This document shows, one piece after another, positions 1 through 10,351 of a stretch of DNA of 64,000 nucleotides. Source of the stretch: Macrostomum hystrix. Taxonomy: Eukaryota > Animalia > Platyhelminthes. The notes beneath the pieces are model-generated. The model was not told where the DNA came from. It worked only from the letters and a program-made list of their open reading frames with translations, and made no database searches. Within the stretch, counting starts at the first letter, position 1, and each line of letters opens with the position of its first letter. Made by a program: the position numbers and the translations under genes. Where the stretch lies: the NCBI GenBank assembly GCA_950097015.1, contig CATNEN010000034.1:4526001-4590000 (forward strand), read 5' to 3'.

Positions 1-1084
1 CGGGACGCGAAAGACGCAGAACACAGAGCGATTAACAGTACAAAGACTACGGGGGATTTCAAATAGCCACATTTTCATTTTCTTCTGTATCTCTTAAAAT
101 ATTCAACCAATCGGCATGAAAATCCAGAACACGGGCTAAAATTTCCGCTCTTATCCGATGAAACAACTTGCAGATGCAGAGTCACAAGACATCGGCATCG
201 TCGAGTTATTCAACGATTCTCGCCGGTGTGTCTTGGTGGCAAAAACCACCAATGTAGGGAGCTATCTTGAAGTTGGCAGTGGGCATTTGAAATACCCCGT
301 GGGTCTTTGCCTATGGGGGGGAAGCGTGGTCAAGAACCAGAGGTTCTTTGCGACAAAAGTAATATAACAAAAGGGAAAATTATAATCGCACTTGTTGATC
401 TGCGCTCATACATAAATAGATAATTCACGCATGCGCTGGTTTCAATTGACTGCAGTCTACAATCATGTCATTTTGTGACAGTGAACCCGCAGCCAATGAG
501 GAGGCAATTCCGCCCACCCGCGGATTCGAACTCAAGGACCTTGGTGCGTTAGACCGCTCAGCCACTGACCCCTATTATGTTACCTTGGATTGTTTGTTAC
601 TAATCTATTTGAAAACAATGGTCTATCAAAGCCAGCACAAGGGTATTACTCAAAAGAAAATGTGAGTCCTTTCTAGCATGCGCGGAGGGGTGGTTGGTTT
701 TTTGATGGAAAAAATTGGGTTGAGGAAAAAGCCAATCGTAGTAAATAGTAATGGTTTAGGTAAAATAAAAAAACAATGCCATTTGCGTGCTTTTCAAACG
801 AAATTGGCCTCAGTAATTGTATAAGGTTAGATGATTTTAATTATGTCATGCAGAACTAGTTCCTGGATAACAATGTGAACAAAAAAGGATAATAAAATGT
901 AAAAAACGGAACTACATAAAAAAACTTAAAAAGAATAGAATTTTCAAGATAAGCTAGTGTTGCTCTAACTAAGATAGAGTAAATTAAAATTTTCTATAGT
1001 TTTCCCTAGTCAAGCAGATTCTAATTGGCTGTAGGCTAAAAAACTGTGTTAACCAAGTCTGACACCCACCTTACGCCAGAGTCT

Positions 1085-1510
1085 TCTGATTGGCTTAGTG
1101 TCAGAAGATTTTCTGCCCAAGTCTAACTGCTGCCCCACTCCGGCGCTCTAATAGTTATAGCCAATTTAGAGCTTCGCGACTTTTCATTGGCTGGAGCAAT
1201 GTACGATTTTTCTAGCCCAGTTTGACAGCCACCTCACGCCGGCATTTGAAATCTAATATAATACTCAAAGATTCCCAGCTTCTGATTGGCCTAGGGTCTG
1301 AAGATTTTCTGCCCCAGTTTAACAGCTGCCCCACTCCGGCGCTCTAATAGTTATAGCCAATTTAGAGCTTCGCGACTTTTCATTGGCTGGAGCAATGTAC
1401 GATTTTTCTAGCCCAGCATGACAGCCAACCCAAGCCCGCTTTTGAAAATCTTGGGGGACTAATAGATTCGAGCTTCTGACTGGCTTAGGGTCGGAAGATT
1501 TTCTATCCCG
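1085..1510. repeat. About 2.2 copies of a ~195-bp tandem unit rich in ATTGG/CCAAT motifs
   Basis: ttctgattgg...ccccactccggcgctctaatagttatagccaatttagagcttcgcgac...ttctagcccag occurs at ~1085 and ~1281, with a partial third copy at ~1473. Confidence 0.85.
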
Positions 1511-1649
1511 GAACGACGCCACGTCACGCTGGCCCTTTAATAACCAGATTGAATTAAAAGCTATAAGACGACGAATTAAGAGACTATGTGTGCGGATTCA
1601 AAGCAAAATCAACACAAAAATGTGTAACTAGCTCGCAGTTTCTACTCAC

Positions 1650-1962
1650 TGAACTCCATTGTACGGCAGACTACAGTCTCAGGTAGACATGCCCCGGCTG
1701 CCCTGCACATTAATTGGAGTCAGCTGCAGGTGATAACTAGTGCTCGGCCTCAAGTCCTTGAGCTTATAGCCGGGCTCCGGTTTGGCCTCGATTGCGATTT
1801 CCACCTCTTCTCGTTGGGTATCATCGTAGCTAGCGGACGATTTGTAGGAGAGCATGTAATTGGCGACGCGGCCGAGGTCCTGGTTGAGCAGGGGGTCCCA
1901 GTACAGCTGGAGAGTGTTGGCATCCAAAGCCAGGCATTGGAAGCCCTTCGGCTGAGAGGCCA
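1650..1962 (-). CDS. Lar: Exon for third FN3 repeat (MASQPKGFQC...LRPSTSYHLQLTPINVQG...ETVVCRTMEF); contains an apparent +1 frameshift near 1692-1697
   Basis: Acceptor ccttcacctgcag at 1963-1964 and donor GTGAGT at 1649. FN3 motifs W, Y, L-x-P-x-T-x-Y and N-x-x-G are present. The exon is 313 nt, one more than phase 1-1 symmetry requires, and has an in-frame TGA at 1679-1681. Confidence 0.88.
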
Positions 1963-3307
1963 CTGCAGGTGAAGGAGAGAGAGAGTGAGGTGGGTGCTGT
2001 GAACTGTTCGTATCAATCTTGAGTCTTGACTAGAATATCGATCCTTGAGATTCCTTCTCAGTGCTTTCACGAACAACAGCTAAAAAACCAGAGTTAACGG
2101 TATGTGGAAGTGAGTCAGCTTCAGATTATCTCTCAGTAATATGCAATTAAAACTTTTTTAAACTACCTGACTAAGTACATCACAAATCCCATTGCGAAAC
2201 CTCCCCCACGTGCCTTTTTGGGTCATTGTTGAAAATAACGAGCTTGGCTGAAATCGCTGCTAAAAATAATCATTAAGAAAATAACTAATAAAAGTACATC
2301 GCGCGCCAAATTAAGATTTAATTCTGTTTCTCAGCTCGCGCGCAATGTGACTTTTGTTTTTATCGGCACTCTTTGCTATCACATAATTTTAGCAGCGCTC
2401 GCGCAGCCGCAGGCGCATGTTTGCATCATGCTACTGCCTGGCAGTTGGGCAGTAGAGTAGTACGCGCGTGAATGCTTAGAAATCAGGTTAATATTTTTTT
2501 CTGTGTCACTGTGAAAACTTTTCAATAAGATATGCTTGTTTGTTTCTCTAGAGTGCCTGAAAATGTGCTAACCATTTTGAGTATTCTAAAATGTAATTCT
2601 TGATAAACATAACCTCGTTAAATAAAAGCTTTTATTCTAGGAATATTTTCTAAAGAAAAACATGTGTTAGTAAATGGAGTTAAATGCATAGCTCGTAAAC
2701 ACTTACATAGATAAACAAATTGATACTAAAAAGCCAGACTTAAAATGTAATAGTACAACATTCGCCTCTTTATTTTCTAATCATACTAAAAAGCAAAACC
2801 ATGGAACTAAACGAACAGACCTAAAGTAGTTTGAAGATTGGAAAAATAAATCTAAGTTCTAGCTAGTAAGTTCATTCCTCCCTAAAGACTACAATGTTAA
2901 GCTAGGATAGCAATTCTAAAAAAGGAAAGTTGTTGAGAAAAAATATCTGTGTGTACTTCGGTTCGCAGATTTTTGGCAAATCGATTGATTCATCATGTCC
3001 AACCGTAACATAAGTGTACTCCATAATTGAAACAACATCTAAAACTGTTTTGGTGCAAAATAAATAAAAACTCAAACAATTATTGTGCAAAAACACGCAT
3101 GTGCATTACTACTGACTAGAAAATAAGTAGTAGAATAGGAAAATGTTTATGTAAAAGTAAAATGCTAATCATGTCTAGTGCTGCTTCGATTTACCAGCTA
3201 TAGCAGGAATGTATTAGAAATTCGCTAACTATAGGGTGGGGTTTTCTGTTCATAAATTGGGGAAAGCAGTCTTGACTGGTTTGTGTCGATGGTGGCGGCG
3301 CGCTTAC

Positions 3308-3316
3308 CGTGCTGGT
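3308..3316 (-). CDS. Lar: Candidate 9-nt microexon ACCAGCACG in the FN2-FN3 linker
   Basis: Context ttgcgtttattttttcctaaacccccattttatag|ACCAGCACG|gtaagc. In frame with no stop: LLG-N-Q-H-V-ASQP. Confidence 0.62.
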
Positions 3317-3807
3317 CTATAAAATGGGGGTTTAGGAAAAAATAAACGCAAATATAGCACACGGATTGAGACAGGTGGTACGCGAAGGAAAGGTTAACAT
3401 TGCGCTGCGGCTTCTGGGGTCATCATAAATAGTTTTTTTATTATCTGTTTAAGATGAGGAATTAAAAAATGGTCAATTGCGCAAGTCAGCAATAGGGGTT
3501 GGTTTGATAAAAGAGGGATTGATAAATACTTTCTTCAGTCGCGCAAATGAGAAGAAGTCTGTACGCTATTCTTCTCTTTGTATTTAAGGAAAAGGTGCTT
3601 CAGAAGGTAAAAAGATAAGCGCGGCGTATTTGCGAATGATGTTCGAGTAAAAACTTCCGGGTCTAGGATAAGAACAGGTAGGATATAAACAGGTATAAAA
3701 TATCTTTAAGGATTTTTTATCCTCCTCAAGCCTCTTCAGGTCTTAAGATGTTACTACGGGCCGATAACTGCATTTGGTTCCTCTTCCAAAACTAGTAAAA
3801 ATAGATT

Positions 3808-4985
3808 GAAGCGGGCACTTGTAGGTTGGAGTGGAACTCGTCCTTCGGAGGAAGAATTGGTTGGAGCGGGCACTTGTAGGTTGGAGTGGAACTCCTCCTT
3901 CAGAGGAAGAATTGGTTGGAGCGGGCACTTGTAGGTTGGAGTGGAACTCGTCCTTCGGAGGAAGAATTGGTTGGAGCGGGTACTCTGGGTTGGAGTGGAA
4001 CTCCTCCTTCAGAGGAAGAATTTGTTGGAGCGGGCACTCTGGGTTGGAGTGGAACTCGTCCTTCGGAGGAAGAATTGGTTGGAGCGGGCACTCTGGGTTG
4101 GAGTGGAACTCGTCCTTCGGAGAAAGAATTGGTTGGAGCGGGCACTCTGGGTTGGAGTGGAACTCGTCCTTCGGAGAAAGAATTGGTTGGAGCGGGCACT
4201 CTGGGTTGGAGTGGAACTCGTCCTTCGGAGGAAGAATTGGTTGGAGCGGGCACTCTGGGTTGGAGTGGAACTCGTCCTTCGGAGAAAGAATTGGTTGGAG
4301 CGGGCACTCTGGGTTGGAGTGGAACTCGTCCTTCGGAGGAAGAATTGGTTGGAGCGGGCACTCTGGGTTGGAGTGGAACTCGTCCTTCGGAGGAAGACTT
4401 GGTTGGAGCGGGCACTCTGGGTTGGAATGGAACTCGTCCTTCGGAGGAAGAATTGGTTGGAGCGGGCACTCTGGGTTGGAGTGGAACTCGTCCTTCGGAG
4501 AAAGAATTGGTTGGAGCGGGCACTCTGGGTTGGAGTGGAACTCGTCCTTCGGAGGAAGAATTGGTTGGAGCGGGCACTCTGGGTTGGAGTGGAACTCCAC
4601 CTTCAGAGGAAGAATTTGTTGGAGCGGGCACTCTGGGTTGGAATGGAACTCCTCCTTCGGAGGAAGAATTGGTTGGAGCGGGCACTCTGGGTTGGAGTAG
4701 AACTTCTCCTTCGGAGAAAGAATTGGTTGGAGCGGGCACTCTGGGTTGGAGTAGAACTTCTCCTTCGGAGAAAGAATTGGTTGGAGCGGGCACTCTGGGT
4801 TTGAGTGGAACTCGTCCTTCAGAGGAAGAATTGGTTGGAGCGGGCACTCTGGGTTGGAATGGAACTCCTCCTTCGGAGGAAGAATTGGTTGGAGCGGGTA
4901 CTCTGGGTTTGAGTGGAACTCGTCCTTCAGAGGAAGAATTGGTTGGAGCGGGCACTCTGGGTTGGAATGGAACTCCTCCTTCGAG
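3808..4985. repeat. Minisatellite, 54-bp unit, ~22 copies
   Basis: Unit gagcgggcactctgggttggagtggaactcgtccttcggaggaagaattggttg. It generates the 18-aa-periodic ORFs in several frames. Confidence 0.97.
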
Positions 4986-5989
4986 GGGACAATAAAATAG
5001 ATTATAACTCTTCCGACTAAAACAAATAAGACGCACCCCACATCGCTAAACTATAGTACGAGTATCATAAATCCGATAACATGAATCAGAAATCGCTTAA
5101 AGAATTATGTTTAGTTTTAGTTCCTTAATGCTTGAAAAGGGTGTTCAGAAATAAAAAGAGCGATTCGCGCAAATTTAAAATAAAATGAAATTTTGACACG
5201 ACGTTAAAACGTTTGTCATGGAGTTGATAATGTACGAAATAGGTTATGTCACTATATGAGTAAGGTGTGGCAGGCACAGGTAGGGTTCAATAAGTGATAC
5301 CAAATTGCGGTTTGAGTGGTATGATAGTATTAAGGTATGTATTAAATTAATTTAAAATTGGTCTGCTTATAAATCCTTACACCTAATACGTATTTCTCGT
5401 GTCAATGAAAAGTGCATCTTCAAAAACCATGAGTATCAGTTTGACAGTTCGACGAAAAAACCTGGTCGCGATGCATGCAAAACACGCAAAAATATGAAAA
5501 TATAAAGATAGATCGATAGTTGATAAAAAGAACCAGCCGTGAAAGGTAGTTTGGTACTCTTGGTAGTTTGGTCTCATGCAAATTACATTAAATTTGAATT
5601 TTTGAGCAAATATTTTTTGTGACGCGCAAAAATTGCGCTGAGAATGCACTCACTCACACACACAGCGCATGCTTGAGAAAACGCTTCAAGAACTTGAAAG
5701 CTTATAATTAACACGCAGTGATAGACGCACACTTAGAGAAAGAGAAAGTAACTTTAGGAATCTGGGGCTTGGCTTACTTAAAAGGAAAAACATTTATTTG
5801 GGTAAGAACACGGATAACACTTTGTCAACTGATAACGCTTGACTTGCGAACAAATTCAACGTAAAACTGAAATCAGTCTAACTTCTACTTTCCAATTATC
5901 ACTATCATCAAGACAGTTTGCCACACCTGCCACGTGATTAGAAATCCTAGCTGAGGGGGCAAACCATCTAGATTAAATCTTATGAATGA

Positions 5990-6815
5990 TTGAGCAACCT
6001 TCTAGATCATTGGCAAACCTTTCAGTTACTTGGACAACCTTCCAGTCCCTTAGGCAACCATATATTCATATTGACAACCTTCCTTTCACTTGGGCAACCT
6101 TCTATTCACTTCATCAAACTTCCAGTCACTTAGGCAACCTTCCTGTCACTAAGGCAACCTTCCAGTCACTAAGGCAACCTTCCTGTCGCTCATGCAACCT
6201 TCCAGTCACATAGGCAACCTTCCTGTCACATAGACAACCTTCCAGTCACTTAGGCAACTTTCTATTCATATAGACAACCTTCCAGTCACTTAGGCAACTT
6301 TCTATTCATATAGACAACCTTCCAGTCACTTAGGCAACTTTCTATTCATATAGACAACCTTCCAGTCACTTAGGCAACCTTCCAGTCACTAAGGCAACCT
6401 TCCAGTCACTAAGGCAACCTTCTAGTCACTTAGGCAAACTTCCTGTCACATAGACAACCTTCCAGTCACTTGGGCCTCTTTCCAGCCACTTAGGCAGCTT
6501 TCTAATCACATAGACAACCTTCCAGTCACTTAGGCAACTTTCTATTCACATAGACAACCTTCCAGCCACTTGGGCAACTTTCTAGTCACTCAGGCAACCT
6601 TCCAGCCACTTAGGCAACTTTCTAATCACATAGACAACCTTTCAGCCACTTAGGCAACCTTCCTGTCACTCAGGCAACCTTCCAGCCACTTAGGCAGCTT
6701 TCTAATCACATAGACAACCTTCCAGTCACTTAGGCAACTTTCTATTCATATAGACAACCTTCCAGCCACTTAGGCAACTTTCTAATCACATAGACAACCT
6801 TCCAGTCACTCAGGC
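5990..6815. repeat. Minisatellite, 20-bp unit (with 40-bp dimers)
   Basis: Unit ggcaaccttccagtcactta and variant agacaacc/ggcaactttctattcata. Confidence 0.95.
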
Positions 6816-6891
6816 GATCACTCTCTAAACTGGTTGAATTAAGCAACTGTTTTTATGTGCGGAAGTGGTTAAAAAAACGGTGGTCAAGTCT

Positions 6892-7172
6892 TTATAAACA
6901 GATTTCATGCAAGATAGGTAGATAAGGAAGAATCGGTAAGTCTCTCTTTAAGGTGGTGAGGGATTCGGTTAAAAGTTGTTGGGCAATAGATAGAATTATC
7001 AAAATACAGGCCAGCAGTCGGCTTGACTCAAGATATAAAAAGGTAAATAATTGGCAACTTTTCCGGCTGTCTTCGGCTCCATGTTGAAAAGCACAATGGG
7101 ACCGTAGAGTAACATGAGATTCGGATAAAAGAACTGACTCTAAGCACGACTCATTGTGACAGCCAGTGACTG
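6892..7172 (-). CDS. Candidate alternative terminal exon (TVTGCHNESC...SRLLACILIILSIAQQLL...HEICL*)
   Basis: A long pyrimidine tract and a tandem TAG/CAG acceptor at 7170-7174 lie 111 nt downstream of the 48-nt exon donor. The phase-1 frame is open to TAA at 6892-6894 and contains a hydrophobic segment. Confidence 0.38.
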
Positions 7173-7283
7173 CTAGGTGGTGGTAGTAGTAGAAGAAGAA
7201 GGAGAAGAAGAAGATAAAGAGGCCATTGAAGCAGACAACGCGCTTGCTGAGGCGCCAATTGAGAAAACGGCTCATCAACTTAC

Positions 7284-7331
7284 TGTGTGCGGCGGCAGCG
7301 TAGAGGGCATTTTCATGAATTTGCCCTGAAT
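7284..7331 (-). CDS. Lar: Candidate 48-nt cassette exon (NSGQIHENALYAAAAH) in the FN2-FN3 linker
   Basis: Context ctattctctttttacag|AT TCA GGG ... GCA CAC A|gtaagt. Phase 1-1, open frame, GC-richer than its flanks. Confidence 0.68.
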
Positions 7332-7681
7332 CTGTAAAAAGAGAATAGAAATAGCATCGGCGTGCCACAAGGATGAGGATGGTTTAGACTTTCATTTTGC
7401 CCGAACGAATTGCTGCAGACCATGCTGTCTGTTATTTTCGCTGTCCGAATCGCGTCGCACATTTGCGGTGCGAGAAAAGAGTAGCTAGTTTATAAGACAA
7501 CTTAATTTTCTTTAACAGAAAAAATCTATAGGCAAAATCATCTCAAAGGGCTCAGCCCAATATAAGACGATTGTAAAAAACTCACAATGTGGGTAGCTAA
7601 AGTTTCTCCAGGATTTCAAAATAATGAAAATTTGTTTTCATAAATAAAATAAGAAAAAACTAGGGCTAGGAATTTTATTGT

Positions 7682-7945
7682 AACTATAATAATTGCAGGG
7701 GGCATCATTTGGTGACACTAGACCTGCAGGCCAGCGAGAAGGCTAATTACTGCCCAATTCGTTGACTCCTGAGCACACGCGCACACGGATACGAGTACTG
7801 TACGCAGGCATGCACACGCTCACACAGTTGTGTACATCTGCCCTGACTTTCTCATCGTCAGGCTGTGAACAATTTCACTGTGTCCTAAATAAATGTGGCC
7901 TCGACTCGGAATCGAACTGGCGAGAGAGGCAAACGCGTTAACGGA
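7682..7945 (-). mobile_element. tRNA-derived SINE family A, internally deleted copy
   Basis: Shares gactcctgagcacac...ctcacacag..gtgtacatctgccctgactttctcatcgtcagg and aatgtggcctcg with the reverse complement of 40387-40747. The tail taataattgcagg is at the left end. Confidence 0.8.
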
Positions 7946-8951
7946 TCTGCAATTGATTCCTTCTACAAGTGATTAATGTTAAGCCGTTGTGGGTGAAGGG
8001 TTAACATTAATCACGTTAATCCTAAACTGTGCTCCCTCCCAAGTCCCTCCTACCTGATGGATTCTAGATGGTGATTTTTGCTGCGGCCTTTTAAATCTCA
8101 GGAGAAGGACAAATGAAGGTCAACTTTAAATTTCCTGGCGATTGCGTTTTCAGTCGAATATTTTAAAATCGCGCGCAATTTTTTGAGTTGCAACAAGCGG
8201 GGTGATAATTAACCTGTTATCTACACAATAAAGTTTATATATTTAGCTGCATAAAATAAGCAGTTTTGTTTTAACCGATCACGATGAGCGATCGTGAGGA
8301 TCGAATCTGATTCGCGCGGCAGTCCAGCAAGTAATATAATAGTAAGCATAGCTAATTAGTAGTAATGCGAATTATATAATTAAATAATCATTTACTCGCT
8401 GTGTTGACGTTCGCGCGCGGTAAACATTTTTTATGACTTTCTTTTATTATAAAAGTAAGAAATGATAAAAAAAATAATGAATAACTTTAATAAAAATATA
8501 AATATATGTAAATACAATGGGTACAAACGGGTATGACCCAAAACGGACAAAAGGCTACAGCTTGGTTGCATATGTCATTAAAGTCTTACCTGTTCAAATA
8601 ATCTGGCACGCTCTTTAAATTATGGTTTCTATTTTCTATCAAGACTACTGTGAGTAGAAAATCTAGGTGCAAAAGGACCTCATTTGATTTTAAAGTGATA
8701 GTTTAAATATAGAATAAAATTACTTAACTAAAATTTCACGCACCCATCGATGCAAACATAAAACCCTCCACCCACAGCTACAATAAAGGCGAGCAGTCGG
8801 ATGCAATGGTGGATATTCAATTTAGCAAAACACACCTTTGGTTAAAAAGGCATGCCAATTTAATGCAGGGGATTTATCCCATCAGGGTATTAGAGTGTCA
8901 TCTACGTGAGTAGGCTGGAATCAAGAACACGCAAATATCTCAGCAACTCAC

Positions 8952-9150
8952 TGCCTAGGAGCGTCACGAACGGAAAGACATCGCTGACGGGACCTTCTCC
9001 CGCTTCGTTGAATGCGCTCATGCGAATGTAGTAGGTGACATTAAAGTCCAAGTTGCTGATGGTGTGCTGACGAACTTCTGGCTTCAGGGTGACTTTGGTG
9101 TACGTGCTGATCTCCGCCGAACCGAATGTCGTGTAGTAGATGTAGAAGCC
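8952..9150 (-). CDS. Lar: Exon, second half of FN3 repeat 2 (GFYIYYTT...LDFNVTYYIRMSAFNEAGEGPVSDVFPFVTLLG)
   Basis: Acceptor acacag at 9151-9152 (phase 0) and donor GTGAGT at 8951 (phase 1). It is 199 nt and carries the FN3 motif AFNxAGEGPxS. It is missed by the ORF track because it has no start codon. Confidence 0.93.
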
Positions 9151-9259
9151 CTGTGTGTGTTTAACGAAATATATTAAAATGTCTTCCAGTGTAATCTGCT
9201 ATCGAATGCTGATTACCTGTCTTCAAGTGTAATCCGCTATCGAAAGAGAAAAAACTCAC

Positions 9260-9360
9260 CTGAATAACCCCGTAGACGTCAAGCGGCTCGTCCCAGCTGA
9301 TGACAACGGATGCCCTGGATGTCATGGTCACTTTGATATTCTGCGGCGGCGAACCCGGGG
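9260..9360 (-). CDS. Lar: Exon, first half of FN3 repeat 2 (APGSPPQNIKVTMTSRASVVISWDEPLDVYGVIQ)
   Basis: Acceptor ctctctgcag at 9361-9362 (phase 1) and donor GTGAGT at 9259 (phase 0). It joins the next exon across a 109-nt intron. Confidence 0.93.
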
Positions 9361-9803
9361 CTGCAGAGAGCAACAATTTTTTTGACGAGTAAATTTAAAA
9401 TAGAGGAAAGCTTAGAAGACTACTACTCGTAGTAAGTAGGCTCCATATACGGAGATATTCTTGCTAGATATGCTCGTAATATCGAAAAAAAATACTATGA
9501 TGGAGCAAATACTTCGGGGGAAAGATCTTGTGAGATGATTTTCTGAGCGGAAATGACTAGAATTAATATTAACAAACAAAATTTTTATGCGTATTTTTTA
9601 TGTAATCGACATGCAAGATCTATGGACATAGTTATGGCATTGTTAACACTTTGTGTAATAAAAAATAACCTAAAGACTGTAAATACGACTGTGAACAGCA
9701 AATATTGTATTAAGTCTATTTGTACTCGTACAAATAAGTTACAATATATGCTGGCGTTAGCCGAGAGAAATGTAAACATAGAATTTTTTCAAGAATTTCA
9801 GGA

Positions 9804-10351
9804 CTTGAAAATTTTTATTGGCTAGATAAGGTTTAATCCAACTATACTAAATCTCTAAAGTCTGTCTGTCTGTTTTTTATTGGCTAGATAAGGTTTAATA
9901 TGTTGCTATTTTTAGAACATGATTGGGAGCCCCCCGTTTAACCACACCCTCGCTCTGTTCAAGCTATACTTAACATCTAGCAAGGACTTAAAAGTTTGAT
10001 TAGCCAATGAGAGTTAAGGTGCTGCTATTTTTAGAACATGCTTGGGAGCCCCCAGTTTAACACCACACTCGCTCTGTTCAAGCTATTCTGAACATCTAGC
10101 AAGGACTTAAAAGTTTGATTAGCCAATGAGAGTTAAGGTGTTGCTATTTTTACAACATGCTTAGGAGCCCCCAGTTTAACCACACCCTCGCTCTGTTCAA
10201 GCTATTCTTAACATCTAGCAAGGACTTAAAAATTTGATTAGCCAATGAGAGTTAAGGTGTTGCTATTTTTAGAACAACTTATAGGGACTCCCTTAGTTGA
10301 ACTATCCTCAGTCTAAGCACGTGACTACTCCTAGCCAATCAAATTTTCAAG
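9804..10351. mobile_element. MITE/foldback-like element: ~21-bp terminal inverted repeats enclosing three-plus ~119-bp tandem units
   Basis: Left end cttgaaaatttttattggctag (9804-9825) is nearly the reverse complement of right end ctagccaatcaaattttcaag (10331-10351). The internal unit is gctatttttagaacatg...gattagccaatgagagttaaggt. No TSD was found. Confidence 0.55.

Noticed and set aside
3743-5041. Long ORFs (289-432 aa) in five frames
   Set aside because: They are products of a 54-bp stop-poor minisatellite. They are open on both strands, with no domain content or splice context.
5654-5671. 18-nt in-frame exon candidate (TCAVCV)
   Set aside because: The donor arises from a GTGTGAGTGAGTG simple repeat and the AAG acceptor is weak. 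Likely chance.
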